DNA of 64,000 bases. Source: Octopus sinensis. Lineage: Eukaryota. Below are positions 26,375 to 40,988 of the stretch, one piece after another; within the stretch, counting starts at the first letter, position 1; the number at the start of each line of letters is the position of its first letter. The notes beneath the pieces were generated by a model, which saw only the letters and a program-made list of their open reading frames with translations, did not search any database and had not been told where the DNA came from. A program made the translations under genes and the position numbers. Location: positions 159,278,001 to 159,342,000 of the forward strand of contig NC_042999.1 in the NCBI RefSeq assembly GCF_006345805.1. Direction: 5' to 3'.

Positions 26375-26705
26375 TCAAAATTCATTCTCACTGCATTGTA
26401 CGAAAGTACATTTATGTGCGTGTAGGCATCTCGATAGTCTTTCAGAAATTCTCTTAAGTATCTTTTCATTAGTCCACGGAATAAACAGGGACTCCTCGGA
26501 GCAGACACGGCAATTCCTGGAAATTGCACTGTATGGTTTTACATATCTAACTATGGACCAAATAATGTAGTGTTTCGTATTAGACTCCTTCAGTCGCAAT
26601 ATAAAACCTGTCAAAGATGTCGAATGTCTCTCATTGATTGACATAAAGCTGGAAACATGATTACGATAACGATTCTTAAATGAATCAGCTGTCTGCCCAA
26701 ATTAA
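26375..26705 (-). pseudogene. Penelope-like element GIY-YIG endonuclease C-terminal remnant
   Basis: GQTADSFKNRYRNHVSSF..STSLTGFILRLKE..IWSI..KPYS..CRVCSEE..SRCLHAHK follows the PLE endonuclease pattern (G.T..FK.RY.NH, ST.LS..I..LK, C..C..E, C.H). Confidence 0.85.
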
Positions 26706-26752
26706 ACATAGGGCCCTCCCCTTGTGTGCACGGTAAACTAACGTTTTATTAT

Positions 26753-26868
<116 letters not shown>

Positions 26869-27568
26869 GTATATATTCAATGTATGTGGTTCGGCTTGTT
26901 CGCGCCTGGTGTTAAAACAACTGAAAGTCCTAGGCAGGTGAGATAACTCGCCCTAAATCCCATTCAGAAATGATGTTTCGCATTTTTGTGGCTTATCAAC
27001 ATCACATACCTAAACCTAATAAGAGATGAACTGAATCTCCATTTTTTGGGTACATACAAATAGCGTAAAAACCATTTGCTGATATGTTACGACGATCAAT
27101 ACATGAGAATAAATTCAAATATGAATTAAGGGCAGCGCTAATATTGTAAACATTATCGACCACACGTAGGCAATGCATGCGGTTATCTTTTTTCACCGAC
27201 AGGCTGCTGCAGGTCAACTCGCTGGGAAAGGGTCTCTCAAAGGGCCTAGTGTTGAAACACCTGAAACTCATGGCCTGGAGCGATGAACATTGATTTTTCT
27301 CCACTTTTGTGGGTTATCATTATCACGTACATGAACCGAGTCAGAGGTGAACTGAATCGCCGATATGCTGCTTCAAAGCTTTTGTCAACAATCCTATTTA
27401 CATCATAATAGTTAACAGGATACTATCAACTATCAAAGAAACTGTTGCAGAAAATACTGTGCTGTGAGATCAAACTTTGAACAACATCATCCCAAAGTGA
27501 GTTTCTGTAACATTTGCTTTTTATAAAATCTCACAATCAAATTGGTACAGCGGTATTCCCTTTGCTTC

Positions 27569-27807
27569 GAGCTGGCATGCGGCGAGCTGGCAGAAACGTT
27601 AACACGCCGGGCGAAATGCTTAGCGGTATTTCGTCTGCGTTACGTTATGAGTTCAAATACCGCCGAGGTCGACTTTGCCTTTCATCCTTTCGGGGTCGAT
27701 AAATTAAGTACCAGTTACGCACTGGAGTCGATGTAATCGACTTAATACCTATGTATGTCCTTGTTTGTCCCCTCTGTGTTTAGCCCCTTGTGGGTAATAA
27801 AGAAATA
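27569..27807 (+). mobile_element. SINE family S2 flanked by a 17-bp target-site duplication
   Basis: GGTATTCCCTTTGCTTC at 27552-27568 and 27808-27824; an uninterrupted copy of the target lies at about 30688-30786. Confidence 0.85.
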
Positions 27808-29620
27808 GGTATTCCCTTTGCTTCCTCTGGGTGACACCTATGAGGTCAAGAGAGAGGCCATGTTGCTATAAATGCAACAGTGATTCCCTTCATACATAGC
27901 AAAGGTACTTCTATATTACAAAGCTTAACAGGGAGTCTTCAGACTCACCTGTTCGCTGTACAATATAGTAACCTAATCGATAAGAAATACTCATTTGCAT
28001 TAGTTTATTGTTTTGCCAGATAGTCCTTCACTTTAAACTAGTCTGACAGAAAAATTCAACAAGGTCACAATCACATTTAAAAGCTGTTTTATTTTTATTT
28101 CTCTGCGCTCTCTCTCTATATATATACATATATTGAGGCTGTCAGTATTGATTAGGTATACTGAACACGGAGAAATACAATGAAGCTGGAACGGGCAACC
28201 TTAGAGAGTAACTACTTAACACCGGTCAATAAACTGGTCAATAATTCTAGCCACAAGTTACGTTTATATATAAACCAGTCACAATGTCAATGGTATTGTT
28301 TGCCATTTCATCATCAACAGCTTGCTATTTGCTCCTGACTAACTACCATCTTCTCTTCTAGCACTACCACTCCCGTTACCCTTTCAACATAAACATCATC
28401 ATCATCATCATCATAAGGTTGATCATTGTCGTCGACCTCTTCCCCTTCCTCATCATTATCATCGTTATCATCACAATTACCATGATCTATATTATCCTTA
28501 TATCCAGTAACAAGATCCGTGGAGCCTCATCTAAGATGCTTTGAATGTTTTTATTGTTTATCCCTAAGGTGTTCCCCCCTTCACCATCCTATTTTGTACT
28601 CTGAAACCAGTAAGATAAAGATGGCATTATCGAATGTTTTCTATATTTAAAACAGTGCAGTGTGATTTGATAGTGAAGATTGGGCTGCTATTTCCATAAG
28701 ACATTATGTTTTCAGGTTTGTTTCTAGTACAAATTATCCATTGAAGCATTGTGTATTTTAACTGCTTCCTGTGAACTAACGATATTTTTACATTTATCAA
28801 GCGTTATTTGTTCTATCTGAACGTTGCTAGCAACATATCTCCACCTACCAGCATTTACTAATAGATACCGAGTTATTCACTCAGTTTTCTTTCTTCTGAA
28901 TTATCATTTATTCTTTCATTTCTACTGGTTTCAGTCATTGGACTACGGCCATAATGAAACAATACCTTCGAAGCTTTTAGTTAAACAGATCAATCATTGA
29001 AGTTATTTTAGTCTTCTACTAATATCAGGCGCGGGTGTATGGTAAGAAGTTCGCCTCCCAACTACATGGATCTGGGTTCAGTAGCACTGCATGGACAAGT
29101 GTCTTCTACTGCAGCCCCGGCCCTACCAAGGCTTGTCAGTGGAGTTGGTAGATGGAAACTGAAATGTGTGTGTGCGCGCGTGTGTGTACCTATATGTGTG
29201 TCTTTGTGTTTTATCTCACTTCACAGCTTCACAACCAGCGTGGGTTTGTTTTCGGTCCCAGAAATATTGCGGTTTGCCTAAAGAAACCGATAGAATACGT
29301 ACCACGCTTAAAAAAGCATAAGTGCTGCAGTTGACTTGTTCGACTAAATTCTTTGAGGCGGTATCCCAGGATGGTCGCTGTTCAATGATTAAAACACGTG
29401 AAAGATAAAACATTTGAAATATATTTATTTGTCTAGCTTTAAAGTATTGTAAACAACCACAGCTCTTTAGACCAGGGCGTAAGCACAAACATGCATACAC
29501 ACACATATATAAGAGAAAGAGAGACAGACAGACAGACTGACAGACAAACAGACAGACAGACTGACAGACAGAGAGACAAACTGACAGATAGACAGACAGA
29601 CAGACAGACAGACAGGAAGA

Positions 29621-29654
<34 letters not shown>

Positions 29655-30136
29655 GTATAATGGATCTACGGTCGGTTTCAAGAGGGAATACTCAGTTGTT
29701 CGATCAACACCTAAAATCGACATAAATGTGGCTGAGGGTGCCACAGACACTCGTACCAGTACCATTAAAGTGATTACCAGGCTGTATCTATGAAAGATAT
29801 ATGATAGAGCTAGACGGTGTAATCCATGCAGTTACATCCTATCCAGTTTGTCTCACAAGGCTTGGATATAGTCAGCGGACTGTAAACATACAGACAGGGT
29901 AACACGTTTTCGAATCAAACCCGGAGTCTTACGATTTTGAAGTGACCTTGTTAGCCACTCGGTTCTTCCTACATCTGTGTTCTTAGTTTGCTACTGTGGT
30001 GCATCCCGCGTATCAGTGAGGTTATTTGCATGCTGTTCAACCTCCTGCCTTGATCTTTCAATGCTGAAACATAGGACCCCACCCCAACCCTGTACTTAGC
30101 CACTCCAGAAACTATTTCTCGTTAATATATTTATTA

Positions 30137-30409
30137 ATCACCGTGACCGAACAGGCTATCAGGCTTCGCATTGTTTTAGCCTTCAAATGACGCCACCACG
30201 CTGGCTAAGCGAGCAGGCCAACAGAATAAAGAGTGAGAGAAAGTTGTGGCAAAAGAGTACAGTAGGGATCGCCACCACCCCTTGAAGGAACCTCGTGGAG
30301 TTTTAGGTGTTTTCACTCAGTAAACACTCACAACGCCCGGTCTGGGAATCGAAACCGCGATCCTACGACCGCGAGTCCGCTGCCCTAACCACTGGGCCAT
30401 TGCGCCTCC
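30137..30409 (-). mobile_element. SINE family S3
   Basis: tRNA-like head GGAGGCGCAATGGCCCAGTGGTTAGGGCAGCGGACTCGCGG...TTCGATTCCC on the minus strand. Confidence 0.85.
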
Positions 30410-31184
30410 ATATCTTTAGTAATAATGTACGGTAATTAGTGCCCTTACTTAAGATGAACCTACAAAGGTCTCGGTGTTCTTCGCCGCATATGTGGCTTGT
30501 AGGCAACTGGAACAAGATCACAACTTAATAGCTAAACTGAGAACCTCAATTATGAACCTAATTCTCTTCTTGCTTTCTGAGAGATGGAAATAGTTTATCC
30601 CTAGTTTATCTTAGATGGAAAACTAAGACAAACAAAGCCTGACACAAACATTTGAATACTCCTGTAAGCATTAAAATGCACAAATTCAACATTTGCTTTT
30701 TATAAAATCTCACAATCAAATTGGTACAGCGGTATTCCCTTTGCTTCCTCTGGATGACACCGATGAGGTCAAGAGAGAGGTCATGACGAATAAGTAAGCA
30801 ATAATCCTCATAGAATCTCACGCGTTCTTCATACCCTTTCTCAATCACTTTCGCATTTTTTCTCACTCCCCCTCTCTCTCTCTCTGTTTCTCTTACTATG
30901 GTCTCCACGCTGATATGGCTTCATTCTTACGGAAGAATGGAACACGGGAGGCAACAATTACGTGTTTTAATATCCGTCTCAATTGGCATAAAGAAGTACG
31001 CTACGGACTTTTTCAGTCGATAGGAGAAGTCATTGAGCCACCACCACCCACCTCTCGTCAGCAACTGCACAAAGTAAGGCAATGCTTCGCACAGTCTGCC
31101 TGCTTCTTTGAAGCTTAAATGTCTGTGCATCCAGGAAAGAATGAATTCAAAATTAATGCAAATATGAACTCCATTTCAATATGA

Positions 31185-31700
31185 TTTCATCATCATTGTT
31201 CGACCTTGGTCGAGACAATGGAATTTACCATGCTACGCCAGACTTCTCGGTCCATCACGGCATTACGGAGGTCCTGTTGCTGGATGCCTGTATCCCTGGA
31301 GTTTACATCAGGGTAGTAGAGTGTGCGCCCTCTGGTATTGCGAGTAGATGGCTTCCAGAGGAGAAGAGTAGAAATTACCTCTTTTTCAACTCTACAACAA
31401 TGTCCAGCAAACTGGACTCTCTTACCTTTCACAAGAGATGACACAGGTGGTAGTTTCCCATATATTTGCATTTTGGTTGGATGGCACCTCCACGAGAGAT
31501 TTTGAGCTCTCATAAGGAGGCGAGTGTAGGTTCCACCCAACCGCCTCTCAAGCTTCTTTGATAACGTCCAGGTTTCTGAGCCATATAGTAGAATTGTTTC
31601 GACTGTGGCTTTGAAGATTTCAAGTTTGAAGTCTCTACTTAGATTTGATGACCAGATCGTATGCATGTCATTACAGGCTGACCAGGCCATACCCTTTTAT
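31185..31700 (-). mobile_element. 3' fragment of an RTE-clade LINE
   Basis: ILLYGSETWTL, QFAGHCCR and MDREVWR motifs; stop followed by a short (TGA)n tail. Confidence 0.85.
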
Positions 31701-32516
31701 ACAATATTATTTACTGCATTACATGCTCAAAATGTTATAGATGGGATCGAACAATAATGGAAAATACTTGCCGAAGGTGACACGCAGTGGGACTGAACCT
31801 GGAACCGTGTGATTATGAAGCAATCATCTTACCGTATAACCACGTCTGCGCCAATTAATTTTTTAAGGCGGAAGATATGAAACAAAATTTTGCGAACAAA
31901 ATTTAGACGTTTTCTGCATGTGTACTAGCGTATGTACGTATGTATGTGTGTGACTATGATCACTTATGTTATCCTAGCATACGCACATGCACACACACAA
32001 ACACACACACACACACACAAATACAAACACACACTCACACACATACACACACATCTACCCAAGCATTCATAGACGTTTATGAGACTGTAGGTGTGTGTGC
32101 ACGCGTTCATCTAATTGGTTCCCTTTATTTCCCATATCCTGAGAGCCAGCTTTCCTTTCCCTAAATGCACTGGAAGATCTCTTTTATTTACTGATAAATG
32201 CTTAATGTCATATACTATAACCTCAAGACTCTTTCTATCTGTTGAAAGATGTGCTTCCTACCAACAATTTGTGGCATCTTCCGTTATTGTAAGTAGCTTT
32301 ATTTTAGCGTGTTTCACTGAAGAAATAGGTTTCCGTTAGATCAAAGCTTAGAGATTTGGATAATCCAGATTTTATGTAGATCAAATGATTGAGAAACTAT
32401 AACATCTATCATCGAAATTCACTGACATGCAAACAAGATACCTGCCTCTATGTATATGTATATGTGTATGTATGTATGTATGTATGTATGTATGTATATA
32501 TATATATATATATATA

Positions 32517-32805
32517 GACGCAATGGCCCAGTGTTAAGGGCAGCGGTCTCGCGGTTATAGGATCGCGGTTCGATTCCCAGACCGGGCGTTGTGAGTGTTT
32601 ATTGCGCGAAAACACCTAAAGCTTCACGAGGCTCCGGCAGGGAGTGGTGGCGATCCCTGCTGTACTCTTTCGCCACAACTTTCTCTCACTCTTTCTTCTG
32701 TTGGCCTGCTCACTTAGACAGCGAGGTGACGTAATTTGAAGGCATTGTGACCAGCGATGTGTAGCAATATCTGATAGCCTGGTCGGTCACGGTGATCACG
32801 GTGAT
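32517..32805 (+). mobile_element. SINE family S3
   Basis: Matches 9929-10175 and 30137-30409. Confidence 0.85.
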
Positions 32806-33248
32806 ATATACATTCAAATATATAAGGAATGGCCATAATAGGACATTCAACTCACTAGAAAGAGCAGCCAAACTCCAAACCACTAATAGTTGTAATTCCG
32901 AAATGGAAAGAAATAAAATCGTTTATCATTTCCCTCTCTGGACTATGCATGGTTAAATTCATTTACAACTGGCGTGCCTCGTCAGCAGAGGAGCCAAGGA
33001 CTAAACATATATTCACGAGGCAATAATAAGCATGCCTCGAATCTATATGCCATAAATTTTCAAAATTCACCACACTCGCGCGGTTATCTCAGCAGCAAAT
33101 ATAAACATAGTCCAGAGAGGGAAATGGTAAACGTTTTTATTTCTTTCCATTTCGGAATTACAACTATTAGTGGTTTGGAGTTTGGCTGCTCTTTCTAGTG
33201 AGTTGAATGTCCTATTATGGCCATTTCTTTATATATTTGAATGTATAT
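32806..33248. mobile_element. Foldback element G with ~142-bp arms
   Basis: 32806-32947 pairs with 33106-33248; shares CTAGAAAGAGCAG..AAAC..AAACCAC with the 1741 element. Confidence 0.8.
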
Positions 33249-33345
33249 TATATAGTCTATTGATTATCTTTTCTCTCTCACTTGACCGCTGGTAGCGGAG
33301 AATTTTTCTAGAATTTTTTGCTACCCTTAAATTTATTGATTAATG

Positions 33346-33405
<60 letters not shown>

Positions 33406-34293
33406 ATAAGGCTTTCACTCTACATACGCCAGCTCAACTCGATTCATCTCTATTCGATGAAAGACACCTGTTGTTATTTTCTTGTTTGTATTTTGTAATT
33501 GTGTAAAACTTTCTCCTTTTGGTTTTTTTTCCCCATTTTCTTTTGTCTTTGTTGTCGTACACATTCGCTTGCTTTCTCCCAGGATCAGCCAGAGTTGAAC
33601 AATCTCAAGTGTAACCGGCCGCGAATGACCTGACCCGTCTTTGTTTTTTCCTGTGCGTCTTTGTATCGTCCATCTGCCCGGATGTTTTATTGTCGTCTGT
33701 TGCGCTCTTGTTCCATTTTGGGATTTACATAAAAATATAGCGGCGTACGTACACATTTGCTCCCCACAACCCCCCCACACACACTCACACACACACACAC
33801 ACACACATTCACACACACACATACATACACACACACACATGTATATATATATATATTATATATGTTATATATATATGGGTGTGTGGTATAAAGCTTGCTT
33901 CCCAACCACATGTTTCGGGGTTCAGTCTCACTGATAAGTGTGTTTTGCTATAGCCTCAGGCCTATCAAGGCCTTCTGAGTGGATTTGATAGGCGGAAACT
34001 GAGAGAAGCCTACACTGATTTTAATACGGACATACAACCTCGCTAGTACATATATGTATCTATATATTTATATATTTTTATATTATATCATGTATACATG
34101 AGTGAACCTATGTATGTTCCGAAGGATTTCGTTACTTTGAAATATATTGAGTGAATATGAACACAGACCTTGGAATTTGTTCTCTCTTTCTTGGCTTTTT
34201 CATTCCTTGGTTCTGTTAGAGCGCTAATTAGTTGTATATGTACATAAGTATGTATGTATGTCTACATATGCATATATATATTATGTATGTATG

Positions 34294-34343
<50 letters not shown>

Positions 34344-34346
<3 letters not shown>

Positions 34347-34570
34347 GGAGTAAACACATAAATGTGAAACAAGTGGAAAAAGAGTACTCAAATACCAGTG
34401 GTAGAGTAATGTGCTTTATTTAAAGCAGCAGAAAATTCAACAAAACCTGTTACTCTGAGTTTCCCGTTGCCGTTCATCGGACAGTTTTTTCTAGCAAAAA
34501 CTGTTCGATGAACGGCAACCGGAACTCAGAGTAACAGGTTTTGTTGAATTTTCTGCTGCTTTAAATAAAG
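34344..34570 (+). mobile_element. Family A element with full hairpin (34414-34570)
   Basis: Loop CTAGC; left arm carries a minus-strand CCGATGA hammerhead motif, right-arm copy is mutated. Confidence 0.85.
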
Positions 34571-34602
34571 TATATATATATATATTATATATATATATAT
34601 AT

Positions 34603-34656
<54 letters not shown>

Positions 34657-34694
34657 GTATGTATATATATATGTATGTATATATATTATGTATA

Positions 34695-34756
<62 letters not shown>

Positions 34757-35380
34757 CATGTATGTATGTATGTATACATTTGTGCGCGTGTGTGAGTGTT
34801 TTGTATCTGTGTTTGTACCTTGCTGCTAGACATTTGATGTTGGTGTGTTTACGTCTCTGTGACTTAGCAGTTCTGTAAAGAAGACCCATAGAATAAATAC
34901 CAGGCTCACAAAGAATAAACCCTGAGGTGCATTTCTTCGACTAAAAGAACCGTTAAGGCGGTGCGCCAGCATAACCGCAGTCAACTGACTGTAACAAGTA
35001 AAAAAATATATATATGGTCCCCTATATGTGTGTGTGTGTGTCTGTTTGTGCGTGTGCGTGATTTGATTTGATCTAGTTACAATTCATGAGCTGTGGTCAC
35101 GGTTGTGTATAAGTATATATATATATATGTATAGAGAGAGAGAGAGGGTGTATGTGGTTGTGTATAAAATATACGCACACACACACAAATACACACACAC
35201 GTGTGTTTATATATATATATATATATATATAAGCTCGAATGCTTTTCACGGTGGTGCCCCAGCATGACCATAGTCCAATAGCTACGACTATTAAAAAGAT
35301 AAAAGTTTAAAGATGTATATATATATAGATAGATACCAATATATATATATATGTGTGTATGTGTGTGTGTGTTCTTACAC

Positions 35381-35434
<54 letters not shown>

Positions 35435-35499
35435 TAATATTGCACTTAAGCATAGTGACACTAATAACCTGTTGTGTTAGAATTCAATATACATATGCT

Positions 35500-36240
35500 G
35501 CTTCAGAATAATGTGTTATATACGTACATACATACATTCATACATACATACATATATACATACATACATACATACATACATACACATACATACATACATA
35601 CATACATACAATGATACATACATTCATACATACATACATTCATACATACATACATGCATACATACATACATGCATACATACATACATACATACATACATA
35701 CATTCATACATACATACATACATGCATACATTCATACATACATTCATACATACATACATACATTCATACATACATACATTCATACATACATACATGCATA
35801 CATACATACATGCATACATACATTCATACATACATACATACATACATTCATACATACATACATACATAGATACATACATACATTCATACATGCATACATT
35901 CATACATACATACATGCATACATACATACATACATGCATACATACATTCATTCATACATACATGCATACATACATTCATACATACATACATACATTCATA
36001 CATACATACATGCATACATTCATACATACATACATACATACATATATATACATACATTCATACATACATTCATACATACATGCATACATACATGCATACA
36101 TTCATACATACATACATACATACATACATACATGCATGCATTCATACATACATACATACATACCTACATACATACATACATACATACATACATACATACA
36201 TACATGCATACATTCATACATACATACATACATACATATA
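35500..36240. repeat. Long (TACA)n array with TTCA/TGCA variants
   Basis: Direct inspection; second array at about 38025-38690. Confidence 0.95.
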
Positions 36241-36967
36241 TGCATATGTGTGTGTGTGCCTGGATGGATAGGTGGATGGATGATATACAAGATAGTAGAA
36301 TAAGAGAGAGAAAACCATGTACAGTCAGAGAATTGTGAATGACAGATACAAAGAGAAACAAGGAGTCATGTATTTCAAGGGTCTAACGTAAAAAAACGAA
36401 AACCAAGGAAGAAGAATTCTGTCCATTAACTTGTCAATAACATCCTTTGTCAAATTTCATTTGTTCTCTGTGACGTTCATATAATAAAGATTATGTATGG
36501 TTGACAGCCCTCGCGTGATTAAGAAATATCTAAACGTTTGGGAATATAATATTTTTTCCGTAAAAAATATCGCTGACAACTTGCAGATCAATATCATTAA
36601 ACTATCAAATAGTTAATAAAATATTTTAAACTCAGTCGGCAATATCCTTCATAAAATATCATCCAAAATGAAAATAATTACAACAAATGTCTATACTCTT
36701 CACATTTTTTCTTTTTACTTTTCTTTGGTGTTGTTTTCACATTTTAGGGTTTTTTTTCAAGATTTTAACTGTAAATTCGCTAAATGATTTTCTTCTGCTA
36801 GTGTAAATAGAAAAACAAAAATTTTCTTCAGAAATGCAAAATTGATAATCTTACTTCAAGATATGTTACTAAATTATACATCTTTAAAGCAATAATGGGG
36901 ATTAGAGACGCTGTGGTGATATTAGAGATAAAGAATACCAACAAACATACAAAACAACAGAAAGGAA

Positions 36968-37007
<40 letters not shown>

Positions 37008-37499
37008 ACGAAAGAAAGAAAGAAAGAAAGAAATAAGGAAGGAAAGAAAGTGAAATAGTTGAGATGGAAGTCAGCAGCTGTTTACAGTAAATGAGAAGTA
37101 GAATGAACTTCTTGGAACTACCTAACAGCACAGGCATTTGCTTATCCTGTAGAGAATTATGAAGTCATTCCATTATATGCAAAACTTCAGTATATTATTC
37201 AACAATGGTTTTATACCTTTTCTTTACTGGACTATTATTCACTACATACATACATGCATACATTCATACATACATACATGCATACATGCATACATTCATA
37301 CATACATACATTCCCTCTGCTCCCTCACTCCCCTTCTCTCTCCCCTCCCCCTCTTTCCTCCTTCCTCCCCCTCCTCCTCCCCTTCCGTCTCCCCCTCTTC
37401 TCTCTCCCCCTCCTCTCCTCTTCCCACCTCTCCTCCCCCTCCCCCTCTTCTCCTCACTACACCACACGACTTTACACATCACATCATATATGATGTGCC

Positions 37500-38020
37500 A
37501 TACTAATACATACACCAACTAATACATACTAATACGTACTAATACATACTAATACATACTAATACATACACCAACCCTATACATACACACGTCCAGACCC
37601 CTCATACGCACTTATACTCTCTCATACACACACACACACACACACTTATACATACTAATACGTACTAATACATACTAATACATACTAATACATACACCAA
37701 CCCCATACATACGCCTGTCCAGACCTATCCTAGGGTCATTCAACCCTATTATCTCCCCTTATTTCGCGCTCGCGTTTCATGTTTGATCTTTGACCTCTGG
37801 CCGAAATCAGATCGCCATGTTGATTCGTTAGTTACTGCACGCATTTTTTTCTCTCCTTCTTTCTGTGTTTTTTTTCTCTCTGTGTATCTTTCTGTTGAAG
37901 AGCGTAGGCTCGAAACGTTAAAGACTTGTTTTATTTATATTTCCTGAGCGCCATACTAATACAATTGTTTGTTTGTTTTCCACCTGCCTTCGTCTTTTGT
38001 TTATTTTCATAAAGCTTCCC
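37500..38020 (+). mobile_element. Family B-like non-coding element with (CATACTAATA)n repeats and a degenerate hammerhead at about 37887-37925
   Basis: CTGTTGA-a-GAGC-GTAG-GCTC-GAAA-CGTT; core position 6 is mutated. Confidence 0.5.
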
Positions 38021-39068
38021 GTTATATACATACATACATACATACATACATACATAAATACATACATGCATACATACATACATACATACATACATTCATA
38101 CATACATACATACATACATACATGCATACATACATACACGCATTCACACATTCACACATACATACACACATACATACATACATACATACATGCATACATA
38201 CGTACATGCATACATGCATACATACATACATTCATACATTCATACATACATGCATACATACATACATTCATACATTCATTCATACATACATACACACATA
38301 CATACATGCATACATGCATGCATGCATACATACATACATACATACATACATACATGCATACATGCATGCATGCATACATACATACATACATACATACATA
38401 CATACATACATACATACATACATGAATACATACATACATACATACATACATACATACATACATACATACACACATACATACATACATACATACATGAATA
38501 CATACATACATACATACATACATACATACATACATACATACATACATACACACATACATACATGCATGCATGCATGCATGCATGCATGCATACATGCATA
38601 CATACATACATACATACATACATGAATACATACATACATACATACATACATACATACATACATACATACATACATACATACATACGTACATATGAGCTGG
38701 GTTCGTAATTTCGGCGTAAATAAAACACAAATATGCCCAGGAAATATGAGTGCTATATACACTCGATATACAGTCTCAATTTCCTTTTGCCTTCATCAAC
38801 ACCCACCTATATTGTCCATCTCCCTCTCACACCTGTTTCTTCTCTCCTTGCCAAAATAGCATTTTTCAAGACAATGTTAACCATTATTCCACTAGAAATA
38901 AAAAGTCTAATTTTCTCCAAATCCCAAATCCTACACTTTTAAAGCCAATAATACAACTGGATCTGAAAAATCGGGGGACATTGCTGTGTCTTTAGGTCGT
39001 AGATCTGAATGGTCCGTCATGCATGACAATAACGCTATAATATTGTACTAACAGGGACCAACTCTCTT

Positions 39069-39165
<97 letters not shown>

Positions 39166-39306
39166 CTATCTATCTCATTTCTCCTTTTTTCTGATCGTTT
39201 AGCTCTATAGCATTATAAATGAATTTCTCATTCTTTATTTGTTTTCTTGTAACTATATACAAATCACCACATCGCTTCAGAAACTTGTAGCAGTTACCTC
39301 AAATTA

Positions 39307-40175
39307 CGAGGGGGTACCCAAACGAAACCGGAATTTTGTAATATTATTTTATTCACTTAGTTTTACATATTTACATTTTCATAGCCTTCAAATTATTCTC
39401 CATTTGAATCAATGCATCGGTCCAGGCGCATTTCCCATTATTCGAAGCAGTGCTGGAACTCTTGCGAAGTGATGCCTTCTAACGCCTCCGTCGTTTTTTT
39501 CTTCACATCTTCCCCATCAGCAAACTCCATTGCACCAGCTTTCGTCTTTCTTCACTAGTGAAGACCTTCGAAAAAAGGTCTGGATCAACTTCCAACTGGT
39601 CTTTCAGTTCACGACACGCATTCAAATTTTGCTGCAACTCTTTTCATTCGCAATCCCTCGCTAAAAATTCGTTGGCAGGAGTTCCAGGACATATTTGTCA
39701 TATCAAACAATTCGTCAATTATTATTCCAGGACGGTATTCCAAGATCTGTTAACGTATTTTCAGGTTTTCATTCGTTCGGGGGGTCGATAGTCATCGTAA
39801 ACGAGGTTGCTCTCCAAGCGACGAGTGGCCATTCCTAAAGCCTGAAAACCACTCGTAAATTTGCGTTTTGCTCATGGCAGCGTCCTTGCAACCTGTTTGA
39901 AGAATGTCAATTGTTTCGTCCACCTTTTTTCCCAGTAGAGAAACGAATTTAATCAAAGCACGCTGTTCCTTCGTTGCAGCCATCGCATAAGTCGATGAAC
40001 TGGGGAGAAGCACTGCAAAACAAAGACGCACCACGTGGAAGTACATCATCCGATATTGCCAGTCGGCAGACTGATATCTGAAGGCCACATTAACTGGCCT
40101 CTAGGAGCCAAAGCCTGAACTACAACGGGTTTGTCCCACAGAGAATGTTTTCAGTTACTTTTGGGCACCCCCTTG
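39307..40175 (-). mobile_element. Internally deleted mariner with TIRs and TA TSD
   Basis: TA|CGAGGGGGTACCCAAA ... TTTGGGCACCCCCTTG|TA; ORF KEQRALIKFVSLLGK..AMSKTQIYEWF is a mariner N-terminal HTH. Confidence 0.9.
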
Positions 40176-40798
40176 TACGATACCGAATTACATTTACAAA
40201 GACCAAAATCATGGCGATAATAAGTTATATGATAGCTTGCGTCACATTCAAGAGCAATTCCACCGTTAAAGTTATATACGTTTTTGTGCAGTGTTTTTGT
40301 CACCCTTTTATACTGAAACGATCTCCGTCTTGATGCAAAGTCTACACTTATAAGAGAATATAGACAACTAGTGTTCCAACCTATACTCGAACGATATGAA
40401 TTATATGAGCTTCAGCAAAGATTATATTCATTAATAATTCAATATTGCTTCCTATCTATGATTACAAAATGTCCTGCTAATTATCATATGATTCAGAAAA
40501 TACAGTTCAAATGTTGGGAAGTAGTTACTTAAAAGCTGAATAAATCATAAGAAAACAAGAAAAATATAAAACATGTAGCATATATTGAAACAACATGAGA
40601 TTTTTTTCTCAAACATATTTTGTGCGTTTTTTTTAATGGTATTTTGGAAAATAAAGTGATGTATATTTGTGAGTATGCATGTGTCTGTGTACATAAAATG
40701 TATTAAAATATTTTCAAATACTTCAAATATCCCGCTCCCGAAAGAGTGTATGGACAGATTATGTAGTAAATTGTCATTTAATTTATAAATATACTCAC

Positions 40799-40988
40799 TG
40801 TTTCCGTGTGAATTGGATGCACAGCAAAAAGGGAAGAAGCAAGCAAAATTCCTTCTTTATGCTTCTCCGTCTTTCCCCAAATTGTGGCTGTTACGCCTAG
40901 GCACATTAAGGAGTTTAGAACGTGGAGTCCAATATTAAATTTATGAAAGCTTTTGGGATTTAGAGACCCAAATAAATGATGTTGTAGC
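40799..40988 (-). CDS. TMTC4: TMTC-family O-mannosyltransferase, internal coding exon (190 nt)
   Basis: ttccag|G...ACA|gtgagt; encodes (R)LQHHLFGSLNPKSFHKFNIGLH...LFAVHPIHTET, in phase with the upstream exon. Family is secure; TMTC4 orthology is by eye. Confidence 0.9.

Noticed and set aside
32950-33010. CTGACGA core in the spacer of foldback G
   Set aside because: No correctly placed GAAA or helix III.
37500-37700. Short direct repeats considered as CRISPR-like (also 58350-58418)
   Set aside because: Contiguous tandem repeats without unique spacers, in a eukaryotic context.
35503-38762. Long ORFs such as the 275-aa YIHT/MYVC-repeat ORFs
   Set aside because: Translations of (TACA)n and (TA)n microsatellites, open in several frames only because the repeat lacks stops; the same applies to the many YIYI and CVCV ORFs.
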